NCBI GenBank assembly: GCA_964016885.1
Contig: OZ024747.1
Coordinates: 4,340,001 to 4,404,000, forward strand
Reading direction: 5' to 3'
Origin: Eledone cirrhosa
Lineage: Eukaryota
DNA: 64,000 nt
In this document: positions 1 to 15,464 of the stretch, piece after piece
Numbering within the stretch: position 1 is the first letter of the stretch
Layout: the number at the start of each line of letters is the position of its first letter
The notes under the pieces: model-generated
What the model was told of the DNA's origin: nothing
The model's database searches: none
The model's input: the letters and a program-made list of their open reading frames with translations, nothing else
Program-made: the position numbers and the translations under genes

Positions 1-409
1 ACACACACACACACATACACACATAGACACACGCATAGACACACACACATAGACACACACACACATACATAGACACACACACACACACACACATACATAT
101 ATGTTGACATTGTCAATGTAGGAATTAAGAAGCACAATGTTACATATAGTTTCATGACAAAGTTTTAAAATAAAATCAACAAATTACCAATTTTCTAACC
201 CACATGCTTATTCCCCACTCCCATCTATTCCAACTCCCCCATTTATTCTCCCCATCAATTCTCCCCATCAATTATTCCACCCCCACCCCCTATTATTTGG
301 GATTTGAGAGTATATATGAATATATATATATATGTATGTATATGTGTATGTATGTATGTATGTATGTATGTATAAAGTGTATGTATGTATGTATGTATGT
401 ATGTATATT

Positions 410-1011
410 ATGTCAGGTCACCAGTTGGTGCTACTGGTAACATGTATCCCAGTACAACCTGTCCCATGGTCGGGTCGTTGGCGACTAAACTGGCAACCCC
501 ACCAAGGTTTCTTGGTGAGGAGGGTGACTTTGGACATCCTGCAGGACTAAAAACAAAACCTGGCAAAGGAGCTCTTAAGAGTCAATGGCCATCCAAAATC
601 ACCGGGAGAGATGACCCCTTAGCCTTTGTCAAGGCAGAATTCTAAGAGAAGGAAAACTCTGATATAACACCTGCAACCCTGATGGTATCCAATGATGTTG
701 ACTTATTCTTCTTTTTGGTAAATATCATCTTGGTTAAGAGAGTGGGACTGGCTTTGTGCAGTGCCTTTGCTCACTATAAAAGCTTCACGGCACAGGCATT
801 GCTTTATATCTGGAGATCTCTCTACACTTGTCGTCACATGGTACCAAAGGCCCAACACTATGTGTCAATAATTGTCACAGGTGTAGTGTTTGTACCAGAG
901 TTTTCAAGTCGCTGGCTGGACTAAAAGTCACACTTGTTTAGCGCATCGGTAGGGGTTCTCCTACATGGATATAAAGTAGTGGCCGTACTCGAAAACGAGT
1001 TGGCAGCCACC
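410..1011 (+). mobile_element. Non-autonomous bipartite RTE-derived retroposon (RTE-like 5' UTR fused to RTE 3' end) with (ATGT)n tail
   Basis: Near-identical to 13491-14100. The 5' part has RTE-5'UTR-like motifs (aaactggcaaccccacc, gagaaggaaaactctga). The 3' part has a remnant C2H2 finger ([19 protein letters not shown] in the intact copies). Confidence 0.7.
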
Positions 1012-1042
1012 ATGTATGTATGTATGTATGTATGTATGTATG

Positions 1043-1417
1043 AATTCTAGGAGAAGGAAAACTCAGATATAACACCTGCAACCCTGATGGTATCCAATGA
1101 TGTTGACTTATTCTTCTTTTTGGTAAATATCATCTTGGTTAAGAGAGTGGGACTGGCTTTGTGCAGTGCCTTTGCTCACTATAAAAGCTTCACGGCACAG
1201 GCATTGCTTTATATCTGGAGATCTCTCTGCACTTGTCGTCACAGGGTACCATGGGCCCAGCACTATGTGTCAATAATTGTCACAAGTGTAGTGTTTGTAC
1301 CAGAGTTTTCAAGTCGCTGGCTGGACTAAAAAGTCACACTCGTTCAGCGCATCAGTAGGGGTTCTCCTACATGGATATAAAGTAGTGGCCGTACTCGAAA
1401 ACGAGTTGGCAGCCACC
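1043..1417 (+). mobile_element. 5'-truncated tandem copy of the same RTE-derived element
   Basis: Direct repeat of ~637-1011, separated from it by (TATG)n. Confidence 0.8.
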
Positions 1418-1744
1418 ATGTATGTATGTGTATATATATATGTGTGTATGTATGCATGTATGTAGTAGAAAGCCTATTCGTGCCTGAGTACAGCCACTTC
1501 TTAGAAGAGAAAAAAAAAGTTACTAATAGACATCTCCCAAAACATGTTATTGATGTTGCTGTCACTGATGCCATCTTAGATGACTCATCAAACCAGGAAG
1601 TGACTTACATGCCATACCACACAGTGTGCAGTTTCCCACCTGCTCGAGTCTGGTTGGCATGGCATGCCTCGTGGTGCAGAGTGACACATCTTGTTTCAGA
1701 TGCCGGAGGCAAAATCAATGTCTATGGTGTACTCAAATGGGTTA

Positions 1745-2605
1745 TTTCTGTATGACATCTGCTATGGCTTAGTAGCCCATCCCTTGGCATATATACATGT
1801 TCTCATTCCCCACAGGTAAAAGCTTCTTTCAAATCTCGTTCAGGTCTTAGATCCTCTGTTTCTTTTCAGATTCCTCATCACCAGCAGCAATGAGATATTG
1901 CCACTGGGTTCTATTGGTTGCAAGATTTTCCCATGGTTCCGTATTGATCTGACTTTCTTCAAGGTACCTTCCAAGCAAACTTTGAAGCACTTATGTGGTT
2001 TGTACTGTAAGCATTTGCCTTGCAACAATTCACCATCAGAACTTGCTTGGGGATTCTGCTGTCATTTAGGTGTACTATATGACCTGTCCACCGGTGGCAT
2101 TGTTTTATGACCATGCTCTCGATGCTTGGCATACAGGCCTGCCATATCCCATCAGTGTCTGGTGTATGAGACCTCCATGAGATCTTGACAATGGAGCACA
2201 AGCATTGTTGGTGGAAACGTTCAAGAAGCTGGATATGGCCACAATATAATGTCCATGTCTTACATACATACAGTAAGGCTGTGAGCACACATGTCTGATA
2301 CACTTTGACTTTCGTGTGTACACTAATGTCTGACAATGGCCACAGACACTTCCCCAGCTTACCAAAAGCATCGGAAGCTTTAGACAGCTGGTATCTTAAC
2401 TCTTCATCAAGGGTGTTGCTGCTGGAGAGAGTACTACCCAGGTAGACAAACTTATCCACAACCCTTAATATTTCTCCTTTGACAGATGTAGATCCAGGAA
2501 TATATGGCCTTTCCAAATGCATGCTGGTACATCACCACTGTCTTTTCCAGGCTGATTGTCAGCCCAAATTCAACACATGCTGCCGAGAAGCAATCCATCA
2601 GGATA
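1745..2605 (-). mobile_element. RTE (BovB-like) LINE 3' fragment, decayed RT C-terminus
   Basis: Frameshifted ORFs read FGLTISLEKTVVM, VDKFVYLGSTLS, KASDAFGKL, TKVKVYQTCVLTALLY, LERFHQQCL, RWTGHIV..RIPKQVL. Confidence 0.9.
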
Positions 2606-3146
2606 TATACACATGCACACACACACACACACACACACCTATACCATATACATACACACATGCACGCTTGTGTGTGTGCAAGTATAAATGGGTAATAAAT
2701 ATAGATTTCAAGGCAGACACTTAGATACAATAATAAATATAGCTGAACATGTCAAAAAATGCATAATGCCTGCATACTTTCCTGCATATTTCTGTGTATG
2801 TATATGCTAAGCATGCATGCTTGCATGTATCAGAAATTCTTCATGCCTGTGTTCTATCAATCAGAAGGTATGCATTTGCCACTTTCGTGTTCTCCCCCAC
2901 TCTTAAATGCACAAAAGTACTTATATATTTCATTAAAGTGGAGTCATTATGGAGGAGAGAGCGTAAAAGTTATCAAATGCCAACAACATCTGTTAAAGAT
3001 TCAAGTTATTGGATTGGCTGCCAGTTGTCCTGGTTTTTCTCAAGAGGAACCCAAACCAAAAAAATCAATAAGTTTTCCCAAGAAATCAAGTTCAATTCCG
3101 GAAATAATAGTTGCAGAATTAGCTGCTGCGAAGGCATAAAATAATC

Positions 3147-3267
3147 TTAGTGTTGCTGCACACTTCCGATAGGATCAGCATCCCTACTGCGTCGATTGCA
3201 CCTAGGAGAAGAGAGAGGCGCTGTATTGTTTTCATCTTCTTCTCGAGGAAAACTAAACAGTGAAACT
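3147..3267 (-). CDS. Candidate terminal coding exon of an unidentified host gene (..VSLFSFPREEDENNTAPLSSPRCNRRSRDADPIGSVQQH*)
   Basis: Unique non-repetitive sequence. A pyrimidine-rich acceptor (ttgttttgtctcatctatctcag) is followed by an open frame to TAA. No homology recognised. Confidence 0.2.
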
Positions 3268-3924
3268 CTGAGATAGATGAGACAAAACAAGATGCTTTCA
3301 TATCCTTTCTTTCTCGAAATTTGGTGGTGGTGGGGAGTAAAGGGGTGGTAGTGGGGAAATGAAGGGGTGGTGGTGACAGTGAGGTAGGAATAGTGCGGGG
3401 GGGGGGCAGGTTATGGTGGTGTGTGTGTGGAGGTGGAAGAGAGTGCCTAACATTCCACATGCATATTTTTGACAATGTTCTCAGCTTTCTTTTCTTTCCC
3501 TTCTTTCTCTGTCACTCCTTTCCCCCCTCCCCCTTTTCAACATCATCAACACCAACACCACCACCACCACCAGCATCATCATTACCACCATCACCACCTC
3601 CACCACAGCCCTCATTACCACCGCCAACAACAATTACTATTGAGACCTGCATTAACAACAACAACCACCACAGCATGAAATTCTCTACAATAGATTGTCA
3701 TGGGTGGAGTAGTTCCATGCTGTGTGATGGGAATGGGATGTTTCAAAGACCTATGAAAAGTAAATGCCACCGAACTCACCAATTTTTCATATTCTTTCAA
3801 TTCTATTTTACTTTTTGAATCAGAGAACGAGTTTATATTTTATTTTATTTTATTCCATCGTTATTTTTTATGATTCAATTTTAAATTTAATTTAATTTGA
3901 ATTATTTTTATTGATTTATTTATA

Positions 3925-4350
3925 GAAATTTTCTAGGTTGTCTGTGTTGATTTTTAAAAAAACCAGAATTAGTCGTTTAGTTTACATATTGAGACCCCCC
4001 ACCTAACCCATCCTATTTATTCACAATGTATAGGATTTCTAGTTTTCTAGTTAGTAATGTACTTTTTTTGTCATATGTAATGTTTTTTACTGTATACAGA
4101 AAATTAATTTTTGCAGGAATGCTACCACTTAAAATAAAATTTCACCTGAGACAAATTAACAAAATTTAAGAAGTGTGGGGTGGACGAGGGGGGAATAAGT
4201 GTGTAATTTTTCTAGGTTGTCTCTGTTGATATTTTTTAAAAACCAGAATTAGTCATTTAGTTTACCCACCCAATTTATTTTATAATGTATGTGATTTCTA
4301 GTAATGTACTTTTTTGTCATGTTTAATGTTTTTTTAATGTCTAAAGAAAA
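3925..4350. repeat. Local diverged direct duplication (~3925-4095 vs ~4205-4350)
   Basis: Both copies share ttttctaggttgtct.tgttgat...aaccagaattagtc.tttagtttac...ctagtaatgtactttttt.gtcat. Confidence 0.7.
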
Positions 4351-4711
4351 TATTCTTTTTTAAAATTTAATTTAATTTTCTTTGTTTCTTTTAAAGGATT
4401 CTGAATAAACGTTCAGCTTAGTTTGGTGGATCTTAGATCTTTAGCAAGATGGAATTTTGTCAATGTGATCCAAGATCTATACAGTATGGCTGAAGATTGT
4501 CAGGTTTGTAATATCTTCATATATAATACGGAGAGATGAGGGGGGCAGGGCCATAAATAACTAGCTTATAAGATTACTGTTAAGAAAGAATAAAAAAGAA
4601 AGGGAGAAACCCTAGCGGTATTGAAGTAAATATATTGGCAATTATCCAAGTTTGTTACATTCAAGGTTCCATATTCTACCCAATTCCAAGCACACCATTA
4701 TTAAGGTTCTT

Positions 4712-4908
4712 TGAAATCGGTGGTGGATTGGCAGTGTCGGTAGAGAGTCGGACGCCATGCTTTGTAGCATAGAGTTACGGCCCTTTACGATCTGAGTTGA
4801 AATCCCGCCAAGGTTAACTTTGCCTTTCATCCTTACGGAGTCAATAAAATAAAGTACCAGTAATACACTGGGTAATTGCTGGCCTTGTGCCAAAAGTAGA
4901 AACAATTA
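4712..4908 (+). mobile_element. tRNA-derived SINE family A (MetaSINE-like core) with 15-bp target-site duplication
   Basis: A-box-like tggcagtgtcggt and B-box-like gagttgaaatccc. Core is gcctttcatccttacggagtcaataaaataaagtaccag. TSD attattaaggttctt at 4697-4711 and 4905-4919. Confidence 0.85.
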
Positions 4909-5489
4909 TTAAGGTTCTTAGTGAATTTGTGAGCTAATTATGGCTAACCCCCACTGTGTGTGTGTGTGTGTGAGTGTGCGTGAGTGAGTGTGTGTGAGTG
5001 TGCGTGAGTGAGTGTGTGAGTGTGCGTGAGTGAGTGTGTGTGAGTGTGTGTGAGTTTAACCCATTGAATGGAATTTCGGAAATTTGATGTATTTAGTTCT
5101 GTATGCGCATGCTTGTGTGTGTGTATGTGTGTAAGTGCGTGTGTGTATGTGTAAGTGTGTGTGTAAGTGTGTGTGCATGCTTGGATGTGAAAGAGTAAAC
5201 AAAGAAAAAAGCAGACAAACAGATTGACAGTGACAGAGTAGAGAGAGAGGGAGAGAAAAAAGAGAGGGGGAGAAAGACAGACAGAAACAGAGGAGGGAGA
5301 GAGATAGACAGTGAGAGAGAGAGGGGGAGACGGACAGAAAGAGTGGGAGATAGTGAGAGAGAAAGAGAGGGGGAGACACAGTGAGAGCGAAAGAGTGATA
5401 TACTATGTGAGGAAGCAAGAAAGGAACAGCACATAGCTGGGGGGAGGGGGCAGAAATAGGGGGAAAGGTATTCTGAGACACACACACGA

Positions 5490-6380
5490 ACAGACAGTCA
5501 CACACACAGACAGACACACAGACACACACACACACGCAGACATACACACATACATACACTCACACACACACATACACTCACACAAACAGACATACACTCA
5601 CACAGACACACATACAGACAGACACACACACACATACAGACACACACCACAGACACACACTCACACAGACACATACACACACACACAGAGGTCCATACAC
5701 ATACATACAGACCAATATAGTATGTGAGTGTGTCAAAGCAGATCACAGACAGGCATACACATACATACAGACAGGCATACACATACATACACAGACAGGC
5801 ATACACATACATACAGACAGGCATACATATACATACACAGACAGGCATACACATACATACACAGACAGGCATACACACAATCCCACTCACACACATACAG
5901 ACAGGCATACATATACATACACAGACAGGCATACACATACATACACAGACAGGCATACACACAATCCCACTCACACACATACAGACAGGCATACACATAC
6001 ATACACAGACAGGCATACACATACATACACAGGCAGGCATACACACAATCCCACTCACACACATACAGACAGGCATACATATACATACAATCCCATTCAC
6101 ACACATACACACACAATCTCACTCACACACATACACACACAATCCCACTCACACACATACACACACAATCCCACTCACACAGACACACAGACACACACAC
6201 ATACACACACAATCCCACTCACACAGACACACAGACATACACACATACACACACAATCCCACTCACACAGACACACAGACACACACACATACACACACAA
6301 TCCCACTCACACAGACACACAGACACACACACATACACACACAATCCCACTCACACACAGACACACAGACATACACACAC
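5490..6380. repeat. CA-rich microsatellite/minisatellite (cagacaggcatacacatacata and cacaatcccactcacaca units)
   Basis: Direct reading. Confidence 0.9.
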
Positions 6381-7092
6381 CAACATGGTATGTGAGTGTG
6401 TCAGATCTGACTTCCCTTTTCTTTTACCATTTTTTTCTTATTGTTTAGTTTCCTATTGTTCTGCAAGAAATTCCCTAAATGATATTGTAAAGCAATATTA
6501 TCCATTAAAGGTACCTTAGGTTCCTCAGCACTAATCTCGAACCAGGTTAATAGAGGGAAGGGGGAGGGGAGAGGGGAAATTGCTTTGTAAATGAATATTT
6601 TCTTTGGCATTGCTAACGGAAGGCAAGATAATTGATGGAAGTGGAATCTATTGTGGTGGTCTGTAGGATATTATTGGTTTCTCCTACATCAGAACCACAA
6701 ACTGTTGCCTGATAGGTCACTGGATATTCATTCAACTTGTATTATTTCTGGTTGTAATTGTATTGGCCCCTTAGGCAGGTTACACTACTATTCTTCCTTA
6801 GTTTACCATTTCCTCTATAGTACCATTGTTCCTGTCATAGATATTGTTTCTGTTTAACACCAGATCAAACCCTACTTGAGTAATTTTATAATCAAAGCCA
6901 TTCCAGCTGCAACCATCCTGTCTTTTTTCTTATTCATTCTATATCTAAGACTCCAATGATGGTATCATGTGATTTAAGGGAGATTTGGCTACTAATTCTA
7001 GAAGATCGAGTGACGATATAGAGCTGTCAGGGGCAGCCTATTTTGAGCACTAGGCTGCATAGCATGTGGCTCCTCATAGATAGCTATATCTA

Positions 7093-7400
7093 TGAAGGCA
7101 CATGGCTTAGTGGTTAGAGTATTGAGCTTGCAATTTAGAGGTTGTAAGTTCGATTCTAAGACCGGGTGATGCATTGTGTCCTTGAGCAAGACACTTTATT
7201 TCAAGTTGCTCCAGTTTACTCAGCTGTAGGAGTGAGTTACGACATCACTAGTGCCAAGCTGTATCGGTCATTACCTTTCCCTCGGACAACACCAATGGTG
7301 TGAAGAGAGGAGGCTGGTATACATGGCCAACTGCTGGTCTTCTACAGACAAGCCTTGCCCAGGCCTGTGTCCTGCAAGGGAACTTTCTACATGCAAAACT
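7093..7400 (+). mobile_element. tRNA-derived SINE family B
   Basis: ggcacatggcttagtggttagag...gttcgattc head followed by gtccttgagcaagacactttatttca. The same head occurs at 19641, 42040 and 53108(-). Confidence 0.8.
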
Positions 7401-7425
7401 ATATATATATATATATATATATGTG

Positions 7426-7555
<130 letters not shown>

Positions 7556-7597
7556 AAAGAACACAAGAGCGTCTACAACATCAAAAGATTTTTATTG

Positions 7598-7642
7598 GCT
7601 TACAATGTTTCTTCCTTACGTAACCGTAGGATTCATCAGAGC
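7598..7642 (-). ncRNA. Type-I hammerhead ribozyme (Penelope-like pLTR type)
   Basis: Minus strand: gct CTGATGA a tcctacg gtta cgtaagga a GAAAC att GTA agc, then AATAAA. Confidence 0.8.
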
Positions 7643-7793
7643 TATAAAAGGGGTTTGATTGGTGTTATGGACTCTACCAACCAAACATTCAAGAACAAAG
7701 AGTAAAGAGAGTAAAGAGCAAAAGTAGGGGACGATAAGTCTAATTTTGGTGCGGAAGGGTGGGGTGTGGGTCCTTCTTTACTAGCTGCGGTCA

Positions 7794-7875
<82 letters not shown>

Positions 7876-8021
7876 TGTGTGTGTGTATATATGTGTGTGT
7901 GTGTGTATATATGTGTGTGTATATATTAAAGAGTTAAACAAGATTCAATGAGTACATCAAAGAATGAGTTTTACAGTAGATTGGAAAAACTCTACAAAAA
8001 ATAATTTTCCAGAGTTATTAA

Positions 8022-10075
<2,054 letters not shown>

Positions 10076-10267
10076 GTATAGGATTATCCAAGATGTAGTA
10101 ATGGTTAATTACTACACTGGATATGGTTGACGCACGGTAAGAGGTTACTCTACGAGTTATGGAAGAATTGTTCAAGAAACTTAGTTTCTGATCCTTCAGT
10201 ATTCCGGAGTGTATATAAAGAATGTATAATAACAGGTAGACATCATAAAAAGGTAATTTATTCCGTG

Positions 10268-10379
10268 TGCTTACAAGTGTTTCCACGGTGGTACTGCAGC
10301 CTAGTTATGCTACGTGCAAATTCACAAGTACTTGCAGAACTCGAATATCCAATGCTGTGACCACTGTTTCCTCAGAGCA
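10268..10379 (-). ncRNA. Hammerhead ribozyme with ~85-nt extended stem II
   Basis: Minus strand: tgct CTGAGGA a acagtggt...accaccgt g GAAAC actt GTA agca. Confidence 0.75.
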
Positions 10380-10871
10380 GAATGGTAAATGTACAATGTA
10401 AATACCCTTAAGTGGGGTTGTTGGGGAAGATAGAGTAGAAAAGGAAGAGAGAAAAGTAGGGAAGAGGGAGAGAGAAAGAAAGATATGCAGGGGTTGGAGA
10501 AGTAGGAGAGAGTGGCTTGTAGATATCTTAATCAAAATGTTATGGTAGGGGTTTTATTATACTGGTTACTTTTGGAGAGATGCTTTGATAGTTAAGGTCG
10601 GAATTATTTATTGCCCCAGAGGGCAGGTTCATAGATGTTGAGAGGGAGGTAGGTCAAAGGTGAGAGAGAGAGTGTGTAATGGATGTAGAGAGATATAGGT
10701 AGAGAGGGGACAGACAAAGTATGTGTGGTGAGTGAACTTTGTGTTTGTAGTAGTAATCTAGGAATTGCACTGAGTTACCATGTATAGTGATAAGCAGTGT
10801 ATTGTCTTGTAGTGTGGGGGGAAGAGAAGGTTGTTAGCTAGAAAGTGGTGTTATAGTTACAGGTTCGAATG

Positions 10872-11219
10872 TTAAGTTATTTTATAGTGAGAGAATTTAG
10901 CTTTTAGTTTGTGGTTGCAGTATAATGATCGTTCGATTCTATCGTTAAGTAGTTTGTTTTTGGATTTTAATATGTAAAAGAGCTCAAGGTTACATAACCT
11001 GCAGTACTTCAATCCACTCCGATATGCACTTGCGCTGGAAAGTATATCCCATTTTAAGGTGAACTGTTGGTTGTGTTCACGGAGTTGTCAGGTCTTGTTG
11101 GCGAGCGTGGTCACAAAACGGTGATTCGGATGTTTGATTGAGAATCGATGACGGTACCAGCGAGATTTAAACGATGTGGTGGTAGATCCGATATAATACC
11201 ATTTCTGGTCGTTCGATTC
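10872..11219 (-). pseudogene. C-terminal GIY-YIG endonuclease fragment of a Penelope-like element (one internal TGA at 11088-11090)
   Basis: Manual translation: [114 protein letters not shown]. It shows YIG, FKxR..H, CxLCxxE and LNxRxE..CxH motifs. Confidence 0.85.
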
Positions 11220-11322
11220 AATAGCATAACTAGGCTGCAGTACCACCGTGGAAACACTTGTAAGCACACGGAATAAATTACCTTTTTATGATGTCTACCT
11301 GTTATTATACATTCTTTATATA

Positions 11323-11344
11323 TATATATATATATATATATACG

Positions 11345-11385
<41 letters not shown>

Positions 11386-11434
11386 ATATATATATATGTA
11401 TGTATATATATATATATGTATGTATATATATATG

Positions 11435-11472
<38 letters not shown>

Positions 11473-11678
11473 TGTATGTATATATATATGTATGTATATA
11501 TATATATATATGTATGTATATATATATATATATGTATGTATATATATATATATATATATCTATGTATATATATATATATCTATGTATATATATATATATT
11601 TATGTATATATATATATCTATGTATATATATATATATTTATGTATATATATATATATATGTTTATATATATATGTATG

Positions 11679-11709
<31 letters not shown>

Positions 11710-11768
11710 GTATATATATATATGTATGATTATATATATGTATGTATGTATATATATATATATGTATG

Positions 11769-11799
<31 letters not shown>

Positions 11800-12276
11800 G
11801 TATATATATATATGTATGATTATATATATGTATGTATGTATATATATATATATGTATGTATATATATATATATGTATGTATATATATATATATATGTATG
11901 TATATATATATATATATGTATGTATATATATATATATGTATGTATATATATATATGTATATATGTATGTATATATATATATATGTATGTATATATATATA
12001 TGTATATATATATGTATATATATATATATGTATGTATATATATATATGTATGTATATATATATATGTATATATATATGTATATATATATATATGTATGTA
12101 TATATATATATGTATGTATATATATATATATGTATGTATATATATATGTATGTATATATATATATGTATATATATATGTATATATATATATATATATGTA
12201 TGTATATATATATGTCTGTATGTATGTATATATATATGTATGTATATATATATATATGTATATATATATATGTATG

Positions 12277-12307
<31 letters not shown>

Positions 12308-12325
12308 ATATATATATATATGTAA

Positions 12326-12364
<39 letters not shown>

Positions 12365-12434
12365 AGTATATATATATATATGCATATATGTATGTATATA
12401 TATATATATATGTATGTGTATATATATATATATG

Positions 12435-12473
<39 letters not shown>

Positions 12474-12724
12474 ATATATATATATATATGTATGTATATA
12501 TATATATGTATGTATATATATATATATGTATGTATATATATATATGTATCTATGTATATATATATATATATATATATGTATCTATATATATATATGTATG
12601 TATATATATATATGTATCTATATATATGTATGTATATATATACATACATATATATATACATGTATGTATATATATATGTATGTATGTATATATATATGTA
12701 TGTATATATATATATATGTATGTA

Positions 12725-12775
<51 letters not shown>

Positions 12776-12889
12776 ATGTATATATGTATGTATATATATA
12801 TATGTATGTATATATATATATGTATGTATATATATATATGTATGTATATATATATATATATGTATGTATATATATATATATGTATATGA

Positions 12890-12922
<33 letters not shown>

Positions 12923-13238
12923 AATGTATGTATGTATATATATATATAAATGTATGTATATATATATATAAATGTATGTATGTATATATATATATAAATG
13001 TATGTATGTATATATATATATAAAAGTATGTATATATATATATAAATGTATGTATATATATATATATGTATGTATATATATACATACATTTATATATATA
13101 TATACATACTTTTATATATATATATACATACATACATTTATATATATATATACATACATACATTTATATATATATATACATACATACATTTATATATATA
13201 TATACATACATTTATATATATATATACATACATACATT

Positions 13239-13269
<31 letters not shown>

Positions 13270-13365
13270 TCATATACATATATATATATATACATACATA
13301 TATATATATATATACATACATATATATATATACATACATATATATATATACATACATATATATAT

Positions 13366-13422
<57 letters not shown>

Positions 13423-13490
13423 TACATACATATATATATATATACATACATATATATATACATACATACATATATATATACATATATATT
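11323..13490. repeat. ~2.1 kb (TA)n/(TATG)n microsatellite containing an internal inversion
   Basis: Direct reading. The tract switches from TATG to CATA polarity near 13070. Confidence 0.9.
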
Positions 13491-14100
13491 ATGTCAGGTC
13501 ACCAGTTGGTGCTACTGGTAACATGTATCCCAGTACAACCTGTCCCATGGTCGGGTCGTTGGCGACTAAACTGGCGACCCCACCAAGGTTTCTTGGTGAG
13601 GAGGGTGACTTTGGACATCCTGCAGGACTAAAAACAAAACCTGTCAAAGGGCAAAGGAGCTCTTAAGAGTCAATGGCCATCCAAAATCACCGGGAGAGAT
13701 GACCCCTTAGCCTTTGTCAAGGCAGAATTCTAGGAGAAGGAAAACTCTGATATAACACCTGCAACCCTGATGGTATCCAATGATGTTGACTTGTTCTTCT
13801 TTTTGGTAAATATCATCTTGGTTAAGAGAGTGGGACTGGCTTTGTGCAGTGCCTTTGCTCACTATAAAAGCTTCACGGCACAGGCATTGCTTTATATCTG
13901 GAGATCTCTCTGCACTTGTCGTCACATGGTACCATGGGCCCAGCACTATGTGTCAGTAATTGTCACAAGTGTAGTGTTTGTACCAGAGTTTTCAAGTCGC
14001 TGGCTGGACTAAAAAGTCACACTCGTTCAGCGCATCGGTAGGGGTTCTCCTACATGGATATAAAGTAGTGGCCGTACTCGAAAACGAGTTGGCAGCCACC
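13491..14100 (+). mobile_element. Second full copy of the bipartite RTE-derived retroposon
   Basis: Near-identical to 410-1011. Confidence 0.8.
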
Positions 14101-14117
14101 ATGTATATATATATATC

Positions 14118-14178
<61 letters not shown>

Positions 14179-14710
14179 GTATGTATATATATATAAACGT
14201 ATATATATATAAATGTATGTATGTATGTATATATATATGTATGTATGTATATATATGTATGTATGTATGTATAATATTTTAATATACCACTGTGCTTTTT
14301 GGTTTTTACTTTCTACCTACAAAACTCTACAGATAAATGTAAACATATAAGTAGGCTTCTTTCCAGTCAGTTGGTAAATATATTTTACTGAGATTCTTAA
14401 AATAGAAAATTTGACACAGTGATTAATTTTCACTTGAAAGCATTAAAACCCCAACTAATTTGTGACAGCAATGGTGGGTGGAGTGGTTTGACTTTGTGGC
14501 TTCATTAATATCATGACTTTTCTGAGAATGTCTCTCTCTTTAACGTCCATAAAAAAGAAACATTAACAACTGGTTCTCAATACCAAAACATTTCTCTATT
14601 TCAAATGTCTGCTGTCTGTACTCCTCTATAATGTAATTATTTAATTTTGATCACACAATCTCAAATCATATCACTTACAATGTATAATAGATGTTATCAT
14701 CATCATCATC

Positions 14711-14746
<36 letters not shown>

Positions 14747-14996
14747 TAGGTAATTCCGAAGGAAAAGCAAAGGAAAAAAGAGTGCTCTATGTATAGAACA
14801 GAGCTATTTAATTAGAAAGTGAACAACACAAAATATAACTACTCCATTACCAAAAGTTTCTGGGTCACAGACAATATCAATATACATCTGGATCTGTCTG
14901 ATGACCGATCCAGATGTATATTTATATTGCCTGGGACCCAGAAACCTTTGGTAATGGAGTAGTTATATTTTGTGTTGTTCACTTTCTAATTAAATA
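14747..14996. mobile_element. Fold-back Penelope-like remnant (arms 14805-14894 / 14907-14996) with hammerhead at 14893-14958 (+)
   Basis: tctgt CTGATGA ...36 nt... GAAAC ctttg GTA atgga. The tail 14747-14805 is homologous (reverse complement) to 23620-23680. Confidence 0.75.
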
Positions 14997-15016
14997 TATA
15001 TATTTATATATATATT

Positions 15017-15054
<38 letters not shown>

Positions 15055-15057
15055 TAT

Positions 15058-15096
<39 letters not shown>

Positions 15097-15464
15097 TTAT
15101 TCGTCTCCTGATTTTTTCATAGTAAAAATGTTTTTTTCATAGCCAAAAATTGTTCTTTTCACTCCACATAATGACGTAATTATCCTTGTATATTTTTGCC
15201 CATTGACAGAGAATGTCTTCCCATATCACCGTTGTGTCTTCTTGCTTTCTTTTGGTTGTAACATTTTTGAAATATTTACTTCTGTGTCTACAGATTGATG
15301 TAGAATGTTAACACTGCCACGTACTTCTACCGTTACACTGTTCAAAATAATGCATGTTTTATGAAAATCGACCAATAATTAATAATGTTAACAATTGTAA
15401 ATAGGAGGTTTCTTTCCACCTGCCATGTATATATATATATATACTAATAATAATAATAATAATA

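Larger units (their letters stand above)
10072..11322 (-). mobile_element. 5'-truncated Penelope-like retroelement (Naiad-like) with an inverted copy of its 3' end at the 5' junction
   Basis: Contains a GIY-YIG fragment, 3' UTR, hammerhead and AATAAA. 10212-10312 is repeated in inverted orientation at 11222-11322. (TA)n flanks both sides. Confidence 0.85.

Noticed and set aside
682-924. Repeated 80-aa ORF (682, 1087, 13770) as a gene family
   Set aside because: It lies within near-identical copies of a retroposon, so its conservation reflects recent copying.
7093-7170. tRNA genes at A/B-box-like sequences
   Set aside because: These are SINE heads without a complete cloverleaf, and they run directly into SINE bodies.
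11088-11090. In-frame TGA in the GIY-YIG fragment as selenocysteine (some Naiads are reported selenoproteins)
   Set aside because: It falls where a conserved Trp is expected (T.L...W.L), so TGG>TGA decay is simpler, and I could not identify a SECIS.
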